From Methanocaldococcus jannaschii DSM 2661 (GTDB lineage Archaea; AGJL01; Methanococci; Methanococcales; Methanocaldococcaceae), in contig NC_000909.1 of the NCBI RefSeq assembly GCF_000091665.1, positions 90,001 through 122,000 of the forward strand: a DNA stretch of 32,000 nt, in the 5' to 3' direction. A program made the translations under genes and the position numbers. The stretch's first letter is position 1. Every line of letters starts with the position of its first letter. Below the pieces are notes generated by a model. That model saw only the letters and a list, made by a program, of their open reading frames with translations. It did no database searches and had not been told where the DNA came from. Positions 16,611 to 25,214 of the stretch are shown here, in pieces.

Positions 16611-16892
16611 TTAAGATTTTCTCATCTCATCTCTTATTTTCAAATAAGTTATCGGTATCCAAAACATTAAAGACAAAATGTTAAATACTATTATTGGGTA
16701 ATCATTTCTTAATATTCCATATATTAACCAGAGTGTCAGTCCAGTTGTGAATGTTATAACAAAAGCTAATGAGATGTTGCTCATATCTTTCTCCTTCAAA
16801 GACTTTATTAATTGGGGGAGAGATGCAAAGGTTGTTAAAGTTCCAGCAATATAGCCGATAACAGTTATATCAAAGTCCATATTAATCACCAC
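16611..16892 (-). CDS. PQ-loop / SemiSWEET-like small membrane protein (3 predicted TM helices)
   Basis: 93 aa with three hydrophobic segments and an LPQLIKSLKEKD PQ motif after TM1. Confidence 0.7.
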   Translation of the reverse strand: MVINMDFDITVIGYIAGTLTTFASLPQLIKSLKEKDMSNISLAFVITFTTGLTLWLIYGILRNDYPIIVFNILSLMFWIPITYLKIRDEMRKS

Positions 16893-16957
16893 AAATGTTA
16901 TAAATTTTAAAAGAGTTTGTTAAAATTTACCAACTTATATAGGTATAGGTGGGATAA

Positions 16958-18148
16958 ATGGATATATCAAAACTACTGAAAGATAGAAAAATACTGATTT
17001 TAATTATATTTGTTACTCTATCTGTATTCTTAATCGTATTTAAAGGACTTGATTTTGGGATTGATTTAAGTGGAGGAACGATTATTGTTTTAAAAGCAGA
17101 GAAACCAATGAGTGACAAAGAAATAGAGGCAACAATTAAAATTATTACAGAAAGATTGAATTATAATGGATTAAACGATGTAGTAATATATCCAAGAGGA
17201 AATGATGAAATTATTGTAGAAATTCCAAAAAGTTGTGATACTGATAGGATAATTAAAATATTGAAACAACAAGGGGTTTTTGTAGCAAAGATTGACAATA
17301 TAACTGCATATACTGGAAGTGATGTGCAGAATGTTGAACTTCCAACAAAGATTCCACAAGGGGAAACTTGGGCTTATGGAGTTCCTTTTGAATTAACATT
17401 AGAAGGAGCTAAAAAGTTTGCCGAAGTTGCTAAAGGTAAGGCATATCATAAAGTTGAGTTGTATATGGATGGAAAGTTAATCTCAGCTCCTGTCTTATCT
17501 CCAGACTTAGCTGATGGAAAACCTCATCCACAGCAGGTTATTACTGTTGGAGCATACCCTCCAACTAAAGAAGAGATTGACGAAGCAATGGCTATTTATT
17601 CAGCTCTAAAATCTGGAGCTTTGCCAGTAAAATTGGATATTGAATATATATCTACAATATCTCCAGAATTTGGTAAAGAATTTTTAAAAGGAACAGCTAT
17701 TGCTTTATTATTGGCGTTTATAGCTGTTGGGATAATAGTCAGTATTAGATACAAACAGCCAAAGATAGCAATCCCAATTTTAATAACCTGTATATCAGAA
17801 GTTATTATTATATTGGGCTTTGCTTCTTTAATAGATTGGAAGTTAGATTTACCTTCAATAGCAGGGATTATTGCTGCTGTAGGAACTGGAGTTGATAACC
17901 AAATTGTCATAACTGATGAGGCATTAAAGAGAGGAGCTGGTAAGATAAGGGCAAGCATTAAAAGGGCTTTCTTTATAATATTTGCCTCTGCGGCAACATC
18001 CATCGCAGCTATGCTTCCTCTATTTGTTCTTGGGGTGGGAATGTTAAAAGGATTTGCAATAACTACAATAGCAGGGGTTTTAATAGGGATATTTATAACA
18101 AGACCCGCATTTGCAAGAATTATAGAAGAGATGTTTAAAAAGTTTTAA
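16958..18148 (+). CDS. secD: Protein-export membrane protein SecD
   Basis: 396 aa. N-terminal TM helix, ~200 aa extracytoplasmic domain, five C-terminal TM helices with IAGIIAAVGTGVDNQIVITDE. GGTGGG Shine-Dalgarno upstream. Confidence 0.85.
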   Translation: MDISKLLKDRKILILIIFVTLSVFLIVFKGLDFGIDLSGGTIIVLKAEKPMSDKEIEATIKIITERLNYNGLNDVVIYPRGNDEIIVEIPKSCDTDRIIKILKQQGVFVAKIDNITAYTGSDVQNVELPTKIPQGETWAYGVPFELTLEGAKKFAEVAKGKAYHKVELYMDGKLISAPVLSPDLADGKPHPQQVITVGAYPPTKEEIDEAMAIYSALKSGALPVKLDIEYISTISPEFGKEFLKGTAIALLLAFIAVGIIVSIRYKQPKIAIPILITCISEVIIILGFASLIDWKLDLPSIAGIIAAVGTGVDNQIVITDEALKRGAGKIRASIKRAFFIIFASAATSIAAMLPLFVLGVGMLKGFAITTIAGVLIGIFITRPAFARIIEEMFKKF

Positions 18149-18251
18149 AAATCCAAACTATTAAATTTATTTCTATTTTTTTAGAAACTAAAAGAGTTAA
18201 AAATTTAGTTCCTATTTTTCAAATTTATTGAATTAGACTAAATAAAAAATT

Positions 18252-18352
18252 ATTTTTATTCCATATTGGTCTGATTTTAATGAAATGTTTATTCTTGGAG
18301 AGCCACACATTATTTGTGATGAGTTTCCATTCCGAATCGGTCTGATTTTAAT
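18252..18352 (-). CRISPR. Mini CRISPR array 2: one canonical repeat, one spacer, one degenerate terminal repeat
   Basis: Repeat gtttccattccgaatcggtctgattttaat at 18323-18352. Degenerate copy atttttattccatattggtctgattttaat at 18252-18281. Spacer of 41 nt. The leader homolog follows directly. Confidence 0.8.
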
Positions 18353-18544
18353 TCTTTTAATATTTAAAATTTTCTCCCTTTAATAAAACAGAGCATTCTT
18401 ATCTCCTTAAATTCAAAAATTTAACTTATTAGTTAGAGAAATCTTATTTAGATAATTATTTAATTTTTATTTTTAAAAATCTGAATAATTCAATAAACTC
18501 AAATATTCTAAATAATCAAACCAGCAAACCCTTAGAAATTAAAT
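18353..18544 (-). promoter_or_regulatory. CRISPR leader, second copy
   Basis: 18361-18544 aligns with 2640-2824, including caaaccagcaaacccttagaaattaaat. Confidence 0.75.
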
Positions 18545-18690
18545 TTAAAACCTCTAAATAAATAATTCCTAAATACTCTTATTTTCAAAATCCAAACATA
18601 TTCAACAAGACAATCAATAAACCAAACAACAAAATCAGAAATTCCAAACCTACAATTTTTCTTTTTTATAAAAATATTTAAATAATGTAT

Positions 18691-20157
18691 TTAAGCTGTT
18701 TGATTCTTCTCCTTCCATTCTTTTAATATCTTATCCCAGTTATTTCTTAAGAAGTCACCAACTTGAGATGAATCTCTTGTTCCAACAACACATGTCCAGC
18801 CGGTTTTGTCTTCAATATCTCCTCTTGTAGAAGCAGCTAAAGCTGGCAATATTATTATCCTGTGGCTAACTTTATCAGCGATTCCTGTCTCTTCAATTAA
18901 TTTTTTAGCATTTTCTCCATTATACTGCCCTCCTGCAACTGAAACATCAACAGCCTTTCCTCCAGTGTCCATAACCAATAGCCAGCAGGTAACGTTATCT
19001 TTCTCAAAGTCTCCTGTAACTGTGTAGAATGTTAATGAGAAGTTTGTTGTTAATATAACTGGGCTGTTTTCGTCTGGATTGCCAATTGGGTATAAGCCTG
19101 GCTCAACTGCCTGTGGCTTTCTTGGGTCTGTATAGATACACTGTCTCAATGTTAGGACTGGCATTAATTCCCATATATCCATTCCATGCATAATTAAAGC
19201 ATCTGCATATCTGTTCATCAATGTATTGGCTATTGTAGCCTCAAACATCTTAGCAACAACCTCTTTATCCTCAAAAAATCCAGAGATTGGGCATTCATTT
19301 TTTAAAGCATAATAATAAGCGTTAATTGGTAAATTTAATATTGGAAATCCTAAGTATTTATCTTCCTTCTCAATAGCACTCCTCCTAATCATTACATTCA
19401 AATCTAATGTTTCAGCGATATTTTCTGGGTATGTGTGAGGTTCTAAAACTAAATCTTCAATACCATTAGCTAAGCACTTTGCAGCCATGTTTTTTAAATC
19501 TTTAACATTATTTGATGATAAAACCAAAACAACGTCCTTTTTAACTTCTTTAATAACCTTTATGAAATCATTTAACGTTTCTTTTGTTGCGGCATAGACC
19601 ATTGGCTTTGATTTAACAACTTTTAAAGCTTCCTTTATAACCTCCGGATTTAATGAGGCAATGCAAATAGGCATCTTTGTTTCTTTTTCAACAATTTCTA
19701 TAGCTTTTTTAAACTTCTCAACATCTCCAGATGCATTTCTTATAACAATAAAGTCTAATTTTAACTTTTCTCCAGTTCTTTCAAATACAAAGTTCTCTAT
19801 TTCCTTAGCTCTATTTTTAATTTCTTCTTCACTTAACTCGTCGCTAATATCAACACCAATTGGTGTAGGGTTAAAGAATGATAACTGATATCTATACATT
19901 ACCTCGTCTCCACCCATAACCGCCTTTTTTTCTTCGTTCCCAAACCAAACTTCTTTTACTGGTGGAGAGATAAGCTCTATAATCTTCTTTTTATTTTTCT
20001 CAAATTTTGGGGTGTTTAATATAGGACATTGGTCAATTGTTGCCTCTTTCTCTAACAGTTTTGTAGCAAATGCCATGCATGACGGATAACCGCATTTTTT
20101 ACAGTTTGTTTTTGGCAGTAATTTGTAAATATCCATTGCACTAATCTTTTTTGGCAT
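18691..20157 (-). CDS. cdhE: Acetyl-CoA decarbonylase/synthase gamma subunit (corrinoid/Fe-S protein large subunit)
   Basis: 488 aa. N-terminal 4Fe-4S motif LPKTNCKKCGYPSCMAFATKLLEKEATIDQCP, then a TIM-barrel and corrinoid-binding C-terminal domain. Lies directly downstream of cdhD. Confidence 0.93.
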   Translation of the reverse strand: MPKKISAMDIYKLLPKTNCKKCGYPSCMAFATKLLEKEATIDQCPILNTPKFEKNKKKIIELISPPVKEVWFGNEEKKAVMGGDEVMYRYQLSFFNPTPIGVDISDELSEEEIKNRAKEIENFVFERTGEKLKLDFIVIRNASGDVEKFKKAIEIVEKETKMPICIASLNPEVIKEALKVVKSKPMVYAATKETLNDFIKVIKEVKKDVVLVLSSNNVKDLKNMAAKCLANGIEDLVLEPHTYPENIAETLDLNVMIRRSAIEKEDKYLGFPILNLPINAYYYALKNECPISGFFEDKEVVAKMFEATIANTLMNRYADALIMHGMDIWELMPVLTLRQCIYTDPRKPQAVEPGLYPIGNPDENSPVILTTNFSLTFYTVTGDFEKDNVTCWLLVMDTGGKAVDVSVAGGQYNGENAKKLIEETGIADKVSHRIIILPALAASTRGDIEDKTGWTCVVGTRDSSQVGDFLRNNWDKILKEWKEKNQTA

Positions 20158-20211
20158 TCTATCACCTTTAGATTAATAATTACAATTATATTACAATTTT
20201 ATGCCTTTGCC

Positions 20212-20244
20212 ACAATCTAATCGTAGTTGTTGGTGTTTATCTTA
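20212..20244 (-). pseudogene. Displaced, diverged copy of the cdhD 3' end
   Basis: 20212-20244 versus 20338-20370 is 27/33 identical. The fragment reads KINTNNYD*, the gene reads KLNTNNYEWIVSP*. Differences are mostly third-position. Confidence 0.65.
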
Positions 20245-20259
20245 CGTATTTAACTAAGC

Positions 20260-20333
20260 TTGGACATTAATTGGGGCTGATAGCCCCAACTTAATGGACG
20301 GGAGGTATCCCAATAGGAGGTCTCCTCCTATGG
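20260..20333. repeat. Modular GC-hairpin element, copy D (2 hairpins)
   Basis: ttggacattaatt-ggggctgatagcccc-aacttaatggac followed by tatcccaataggagg-tct-cctcctatgg. The last 6 nt overlap the final Pro codon and TAG stop of cdhD. Confidence 0.8.
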
Positions 20334-21545
20334 GCTGACAATCCACTCATAGTTGTTTGTGTTTAGTTTAACCTCTCCTGGCTTGGTTGTTAGAGTTTTT
20401 CCAATCTCTTTCAGTGTTTTAACTGATATTGGATTGAGCATCATGAATAAATCTACTCCACACATCATCATCGTAATTCCAGTAGTTATTTCCCATAATG
20501 GTAATCTATACTCTCTTGGCCCCCATTCAGGATTGTTCATCCATGCCTCTCTTGCTCCAATAGCGTTTGTTGTTCCAGATGACATTGGCATATTAACCAA
20601 CTCATCTCCCTTCAATCCATTTAATCTTAATCTAACCATTGCGTTGATTGAGAACTCAATCCCATAACCTAAAGCACATGTTGTTGGATCCATAACTATT
20701 CTATTTGGGTCCAAACCAGCTTCAACAAGTTTTCTATTTAAATCTCTCGCCATATTTGGGTCCATAATACTCCATGCTAATACGTTGTGGTCATATTTCA
20801 TAGCTGCATCAACTATCTTTTTATAATCCAACTCCAAGTTTGCTGAAGCTAATAAGCATCTATCTCCTTCTGCTACTTCAGCACATGCTTCCAAAACTAA
20901 AGGGTCTTTTTGAGGATTTCCACTACCTCCAATAACAAATGGAACATCAACTGCCTGTAATAAATCTTCCATTAATTTTGCAGCTTCTTTTGGACTTTTA
21001 TCTTTAATTTTTGGGTCTGTGGAGATGTGGTGAATTGTTATCATATCTGCCCCAAATTCTTTAACACACTTCTTTGCCCATTCGCAAGGGTCTTCCATAA
21101 CATCCTGGAAAAACTGCCTAATTGGTTTTGGTAATCCTGGCATTGGTATATCGAATATATCGAAAGTAACAACTGGTGGATTTGGCTGTGGTTCTTCAAA
21201 TCTATATAAAGCTCTCTGTCCCCCAATTTTCACAACTTTTCCTCTTCCTCCTTCTGATTTTGGTTTTCCAAATTGGACTTCTCTTATATATCCAGGATAT
21301 TTTTCAACTGGTGGTTCCCAATCTAACTCTGGGACATCTTTAATTTCTATAATTCCTTCTTCAGCCAATTTTTCTTTTATTGATGGTGTTTGAGGAATAA
21401 CTATTGGAGGGGCTGATGGGATATTTATAATTAATTCATCTGCGGTGATTTTTATATCCTCAATCTCAATTCTACCAACTTTTTCAATGATTTTTATCAA
21501 AGTATTTAAATCCATAACCTCACCCAATCTGTCATTATAAATCAT
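20328..21545 (-). CDS. cdhD: Acetyl-CoA decarbonylase/synthase delta subunit (corrinoid/Fe-S protein small subunit)
   Basis: 405 aa with a pterin-binding-like TIM barrel region (ADMITIHHISTDP...). Paired with cdhE. Confidence 0.92.
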   Translation of the reverse strand: MIYNDRLGEVMDLNTLIKIIEKVGRIEIEDIKITADELIINIPSAPPIVIPQTPSIKEKLAEEGIIEIKDVPELDWEPPVEKYPGYIREVQFGKPKSEGGRGKVVKIGGQRALYRFEEPQPNPPVVTFDIFDIPMPGLPKPIRQFFQDVMEDPCEWAKKCVKEFGADMITIHHISTDPKIKDKSPKEAAKLMEDLLQAVDVPFVIGGSGNPQKDPLVLEACAEVAEGDRCLLASANLELDYKKIVDAAMKYDHNVLAWSIMDPNMARDLNRKLVEAGLDPNRIVMDPTTCALGYGIEFSINAMVRLRLNGLKGDELVNMPMSSGTTNAIGAREAWMNNPEWGPREYRLPLWEITTGITMMMCGVDLFMMLNPISVKTLKEIGKTLTTKPGEVKLNTNNYEWIVSP

Positions 21546-21765
21546 TATAGATTAAGATTAAGTTATTACCAAACTTCATATATAAACGTTATTATTTCAA
21601 TTTTTTAAAGGAAAATTTCTAAAAAATAAAAAATATTTTATTTTATCTTAAATTGACAAACAGTATTCGTTATTAGATATTTTAATAGCTATATTACATT
21701 TTGTATGAAAAACTTTTATATATTTTGGATGTCTATCAATATTACTGCCTACTACCCATTAATGT

Positions 21766-21854
21766 GGCGCGGGGTACCGGGCTTGGTAGCCCGGGGCGGA
21801 CTTCAGATCCGTCGAGGGCGAGAGCCCTCGGGGTTCGATTCCCCCCCTGCGCCG
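21766..21854 (+). tRNA. selC: tRNA-Sec (UCA), 9-bp acceptor / 4-bp T stem, CCA not encoded
   Basis: GGCGCGGGG...CGGACTTCAGATCCG...long GC extra arm GAGGGCGAGAGCCCTC...GGGGTTCGATTCCCC...CCCTGCGCC-G. The acceptor pairs over 9 bp with one G-U. Anticodon TCA. TATA-like ttttatatatt lies ~45 nt upstream. Confidence 0.9.
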
Positions 21855-21873
21855 TCATTATTTTTGTGAGATT

Positions 21874-22785
21874 ATGGAGAAAGTGTATTCAAAATTTGGA
21901 AGAATTGAAGATTTAAAAGAAATTATTTCTGGATTGGTTAATTTTACAGGAATTATTAGAATAGACAATGCCCTTCTCTTTTACATTGACTCAAAACTTA
22001 TCTCATCAAAGTTTAATGGTAGAGAAAAAAGTTTAGAAGAGATATTTTCACAAATTCCAGACGAGTTTTTAATAGAGATTTATCAAGGAAATGAAAAGGA
22101 AGTAAAATCTGCTCTTATAAATTTTAAACCAGAGGAATCTATTGTTGAAATTTCTAAGCTAAGCCTGGTTTTTGAGAATGAGGTTATTTTGAATTCTTAC
22201 AACGATGTATATAAATATTTAACTTACATAAATAAAGTTATTTTTATGCCAAAAAGATTTAAAAATGAAAAAGGGATTGTTGTTTATAAAAACAAGAGAG
22301 AGGTTTTTGCAGTATATTTTGGTAGAAAAACTTTATTTGGGAAGAAAGCAATTAGCAAACTAAAAACAACATTTGCCGTTAGTGAAATAATTGCAAAAAT
22401 TGAGAAAATATCCAATGAAGAATTAAATTCTTTAAAAAATCAATATCCTGAAGGCGTTTTATTGTTTGGAGATTCAATTAACGATGTTGTTAAGAAAATA
22501 ATATCTTCAAAAAAACCTATAATCTTAGAAAATGTTTCATTGATTGATGCTCTATCTTACGGAACATGTTTAATTAAGATTGAGGGTAGTGAAATTGGAT
22601 ATATTGTAGCTAAAGATGGAAAACCAGTATATGCATTTTTAAATGATTATGATGGAGAAAAAAGTTACAGATTGTTAAAGAGCATGTGTATTGTTGAAGA
22701 TGTTAAATACTCCATCTATAAGCTATCAAAAGAAGAGTATGACATGTTTAAAACATTTCAGGAAAACAAAATCCCATTATCTTAA
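21874..22785 (+). CDS. Hypothetical protein with three tandem ~55-aa modules
   Basis: 303 aa ORF starting 19 nt after tRNA-Sec. By eye, modules start [27 protein letters not shown] and [14 protein letters not shown]. No catalytic motif recognised. Confidence 0.6.
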
Positions 22786-23249
22786 TCCTTATCAATCATT
22801 TTTATAGCCATTTCATAGGCTTTCTTTAAATCTCCTGTCTCTAAGATACATTTTTCAGCAATATCTTTTGGAATGCCTTTTTTAACAAAAACTTCCACTG
22901 CCTCTTTAAAAAACTGGCTATTTCTTATAATTTCCTCAGCAAGCTGTTTTTTTAGCTCCATGTATTCATCTGGACTTATGTTGTTTTTAGCAAGCTCATA
23001 ATCCCTGTAAGGGCAGGGTTTTGTTATTTTACAACACCAAACTAAACTACCAAAGCATGTATTTTCTCCTAAACCAAGTTTTGTCCTCTTTCCAAATTCT
23101 TCCTTTATTCTTATAAACTCCTCTGGTGACATTTTCAATACAGCTAACGCTTTATGAATAGGACAGTATTTTATTGGAGGACAGCAAAAAGCTAAACCTC
23201 TCAAATCTCCTCCCCTACATATATGAGATGGAGCATTCTCCCAGCCCAT
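22782..23249 (-). CDS. Cys-rich protein with an internal duplication, unknown function
   Basis: 155 aa. Two copies of C-x(9-10)-CC-x5-CP followed by (M/I)SP(E/D)E(F/Y): [26 protein letters not shown] and [22 protein letters not shown]. Starts 4 nt after the arfB stop. Confidence 0.6.
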
Positions 23250-23253
23250 AATT

Positions 23254-23931
23254 TCACCTTATCATTTCTTTTATTTTTTCAACAACTTTTTCTATTGCGT
23301 TATTCAAAATTTTCTCTCCAAGTTTTTTATCCAACTTAACTCCAAATCTTTTAACAACTTTTGCCTCTTTATCTATTGCTTTGTTGTTTTCTCTTGCCTC
23401 TTTTAGCCCAACCATTCCTACTTCAGGATATTTTTCAAAGTTGTTGTGCTCTTTCAAAGTTTCTTCATCAGCTTTAGCTATTCCAATAATGTAACCAACA
23501 GAAACCTCCTCAGTTGATGCATGTGTAAAGGTTATATTTATCATCTCAACCTTTATATCAAACTCATACTCTAAATCTTTTAAAAAACTTTCAACTAAGA
23601 TGTTTCCCCCATGGCAATTAACTATCAAAAACTTCTCTACACCAATTTTTTTACCTTCATTTATCAAAAATCTCATATAGCTATAAACTTCCTCTGGTTT
23701 GTTGTGAATGCCATGCTTAACATACTCATATTCAGTTGATGGAATAACAACTCCTAAAAACTTAGCCCCAGTTAAAATAGATGCCTTTAAAGCTATATAA
23801 GATGCTATCTTTATATCAGTGTCTATTGGCAAAACAGCTCCATGATTTTCTAAGAATGACCCAAGGGCAATAATCCCCACTTTATGGACTTTTTCATTTA
23901 ATACATTTCCTGATGATAATCTAAGTTGCAT
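23254..23931 (-). CDS. arfB: Creatininase-family amidohydrolase, ArfB-type (FAPy deformylase of archaeal riboflavin/F420 biosynthesis)
   Basis: 225 aa. The [16 protein letters not shown] motif is typical of the creatininase fold. The ArfB assignment is recalled from the MJ0116 literature. Confidence 0.75.
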
Positions 23932-23972
23932 AATATCCCAGAAATGTAAAATTTTGATATAAAAAAAGAAAA

Positions 23973-24155
23973 TTACTCTGCCTTATTTTTATTTTTTAAA
24001 GCTCTTTTTAACATTCTCCTATATTTTCCCCATCTATCCTCTAAAGAAAATTTTGGTGGTTTTGGAATTACCGTTTTCTCTCCACATTTTGGACAGATTT
24101 CTTTTAAAGTATATAGCCCGCATTTTGGACATTTTTTCATTCTCATCTCTACCAC
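23973..24155 (-). CDS. nop10: H/ACA RNP protein Nop10
   Basis: 60 aa. Zinc ribbon CPKCG...CPKCG followed by [15 protein letters not shown]. Sits 6 nt after the aIF2-alpha stop, a conserved archaeal gene pair. Confidence 0.93.
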
Positions 24156-24161
24156 TTATCT

Positions 24162-24962
24162 TTATTTCTTACTCTCCCTATAGTAAGTTCCTTCTCCACC
24201 AAGTTTTTTAATTGTTGCTACTGCCTTTTCACAAACTTTTTTAAAAACCTCCTCTCCACTCTTGTAATCTGGAGCTATAACAACAACCCTATACTTTGGA
24301 GCTCCTATATAGGTTATCTTAACCTCAACATCCTCATAAGGGTTAGCTTTTAAGGCTGTTGTTAATGCTTTCTTTATTTGTTTAATTCCATCTGGGGCGT
24401 AAGATTTCATCTCAATAACTCCTTCAACTTCAACGTTTGTTAGCTCAATACTCTCCTTAGCTACTTCATATAAAACATTTTTCCATTCTTCACTAATCTC
24501 TAAATCATCTAAAACTTCTTTCCCTTCAATAACCATTGTTTCAAAGGCATTGTATAGCTCCCCAAACTCATCCTCCAACAAATAGCCAACCTCTTCCCAA
24601 GCTTCCTCTAAGCTTTTACCCAATTTTTCAGCAGCTCTTTCAAGCATCTTTGAAGCTCTTTGGAATCTCTTCCATTCTTGAACTTTTGCCCTTTTTTGCT
24701 GCTCAGTAACTCTCTTTAAGGATAAATCAATATGTCCCTTCCTCTCATCAACTCTCAAAACCTTTGCAACAACTCTCTGCCCAACTTTAACGTGGTCTCT
24801 AATGTTTTTAACCCATCCTGATGTAACCTCAGAGATGTGAATCATTCCTTCCTTTCCTGGGTATTCTAAAAGCTCTACGAATGCTCCATACGGCTTAACA
24901 TCCTTTACAGTTCCTATAACTATATCTCCTTCTTCTGGAAATTCTCTTCTCATAATAAACAC
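24162..24962 (-). CDS. eif2a: Translation initiation factor aIF-2 alpha subunit
   Basis: 266 aa. N-terminal S1 domain (GDIVIGTVKDVKPYGAFVELLEYPGKEGMIHISEV), then helical and alpha-beta domains. Confidence 0.95.
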   Translation of the reverse strand: MFIMRREFPEEGDIVIGTVKDVKPYGAFVELLEYPGKEGMIHISEVTSGWVKNIRDHVKVGQRVVAKVLRVDERKGHIDLSLKRVTEQQKRAKVQEWKRFQRASKMLERAAEKLGKSLEEAWEEVGYLLEDEFGELYNAFETMVIEGKEVLDDLEISEEWKNVLYEVAKESIELTNVEVEGVIEMKSYAPDGIKQIKKALTTALKANPYEDVEVKITYIGAPKYRVVVIAPDYKSGEEVFKKVCEKAVATIKKLGGEGTYYRESKK

Positions 24963-25214
24963 CTCATAAAATTAGATTCTGTTCCTTTAAAATTAATTAT
25001 AATGTAGTAATATAAAAAGATTGAATTGGTGAATTTGCTTTTTCATTATTTGAGTTTAAGAGATATATATTACTTAGGTTTATCCGCAAACTTTATTTAT
25101 GAATTTAGATAATAAAATTTAAATTTTTAATTTTCTTAAAGTAATATTAAATTTATCGAAAGTATTATAAAGGTTGAAAGAAATAGTAGAGTTATGAAAA
25201 ATGAGGTGAAATTT

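Noticed and set aside
16927-17118. 63-aa minus-strand ORF overlapping the SecD start
   Set aside because: It is antisense to the well-supported SecD N-terminus and signal-anchor region, with no motif or ribosome-binding site.
18316-18345. C-box-like gtgatga followed by tctga, suggestive of a C/D box sRNA
   Set aside because: The tctga is part of the CRISPR repeat and the gtgatga is the end of the spacer. There are no C'/D' boxes or terminal stem, and the spacing is too short.
21701-21916. 71-aa plus-strand ORF
   Set aside because: It is entirely explained by read-through of the tRNA-Sec gene and overlaps the start of the real downstream CDS in another frame.
18691-23249. In-frame TGA (selenocysteine) read-through near tRNA-Sec
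   Set aside because: I saw no pair of adjacent same-frame ORFs split by a single TGA among the genes around tRNA-Sec, and no GC-rich hairpin there looked to me like an archaeal SECIS. The hairpin elements have a different, repeated architecture.
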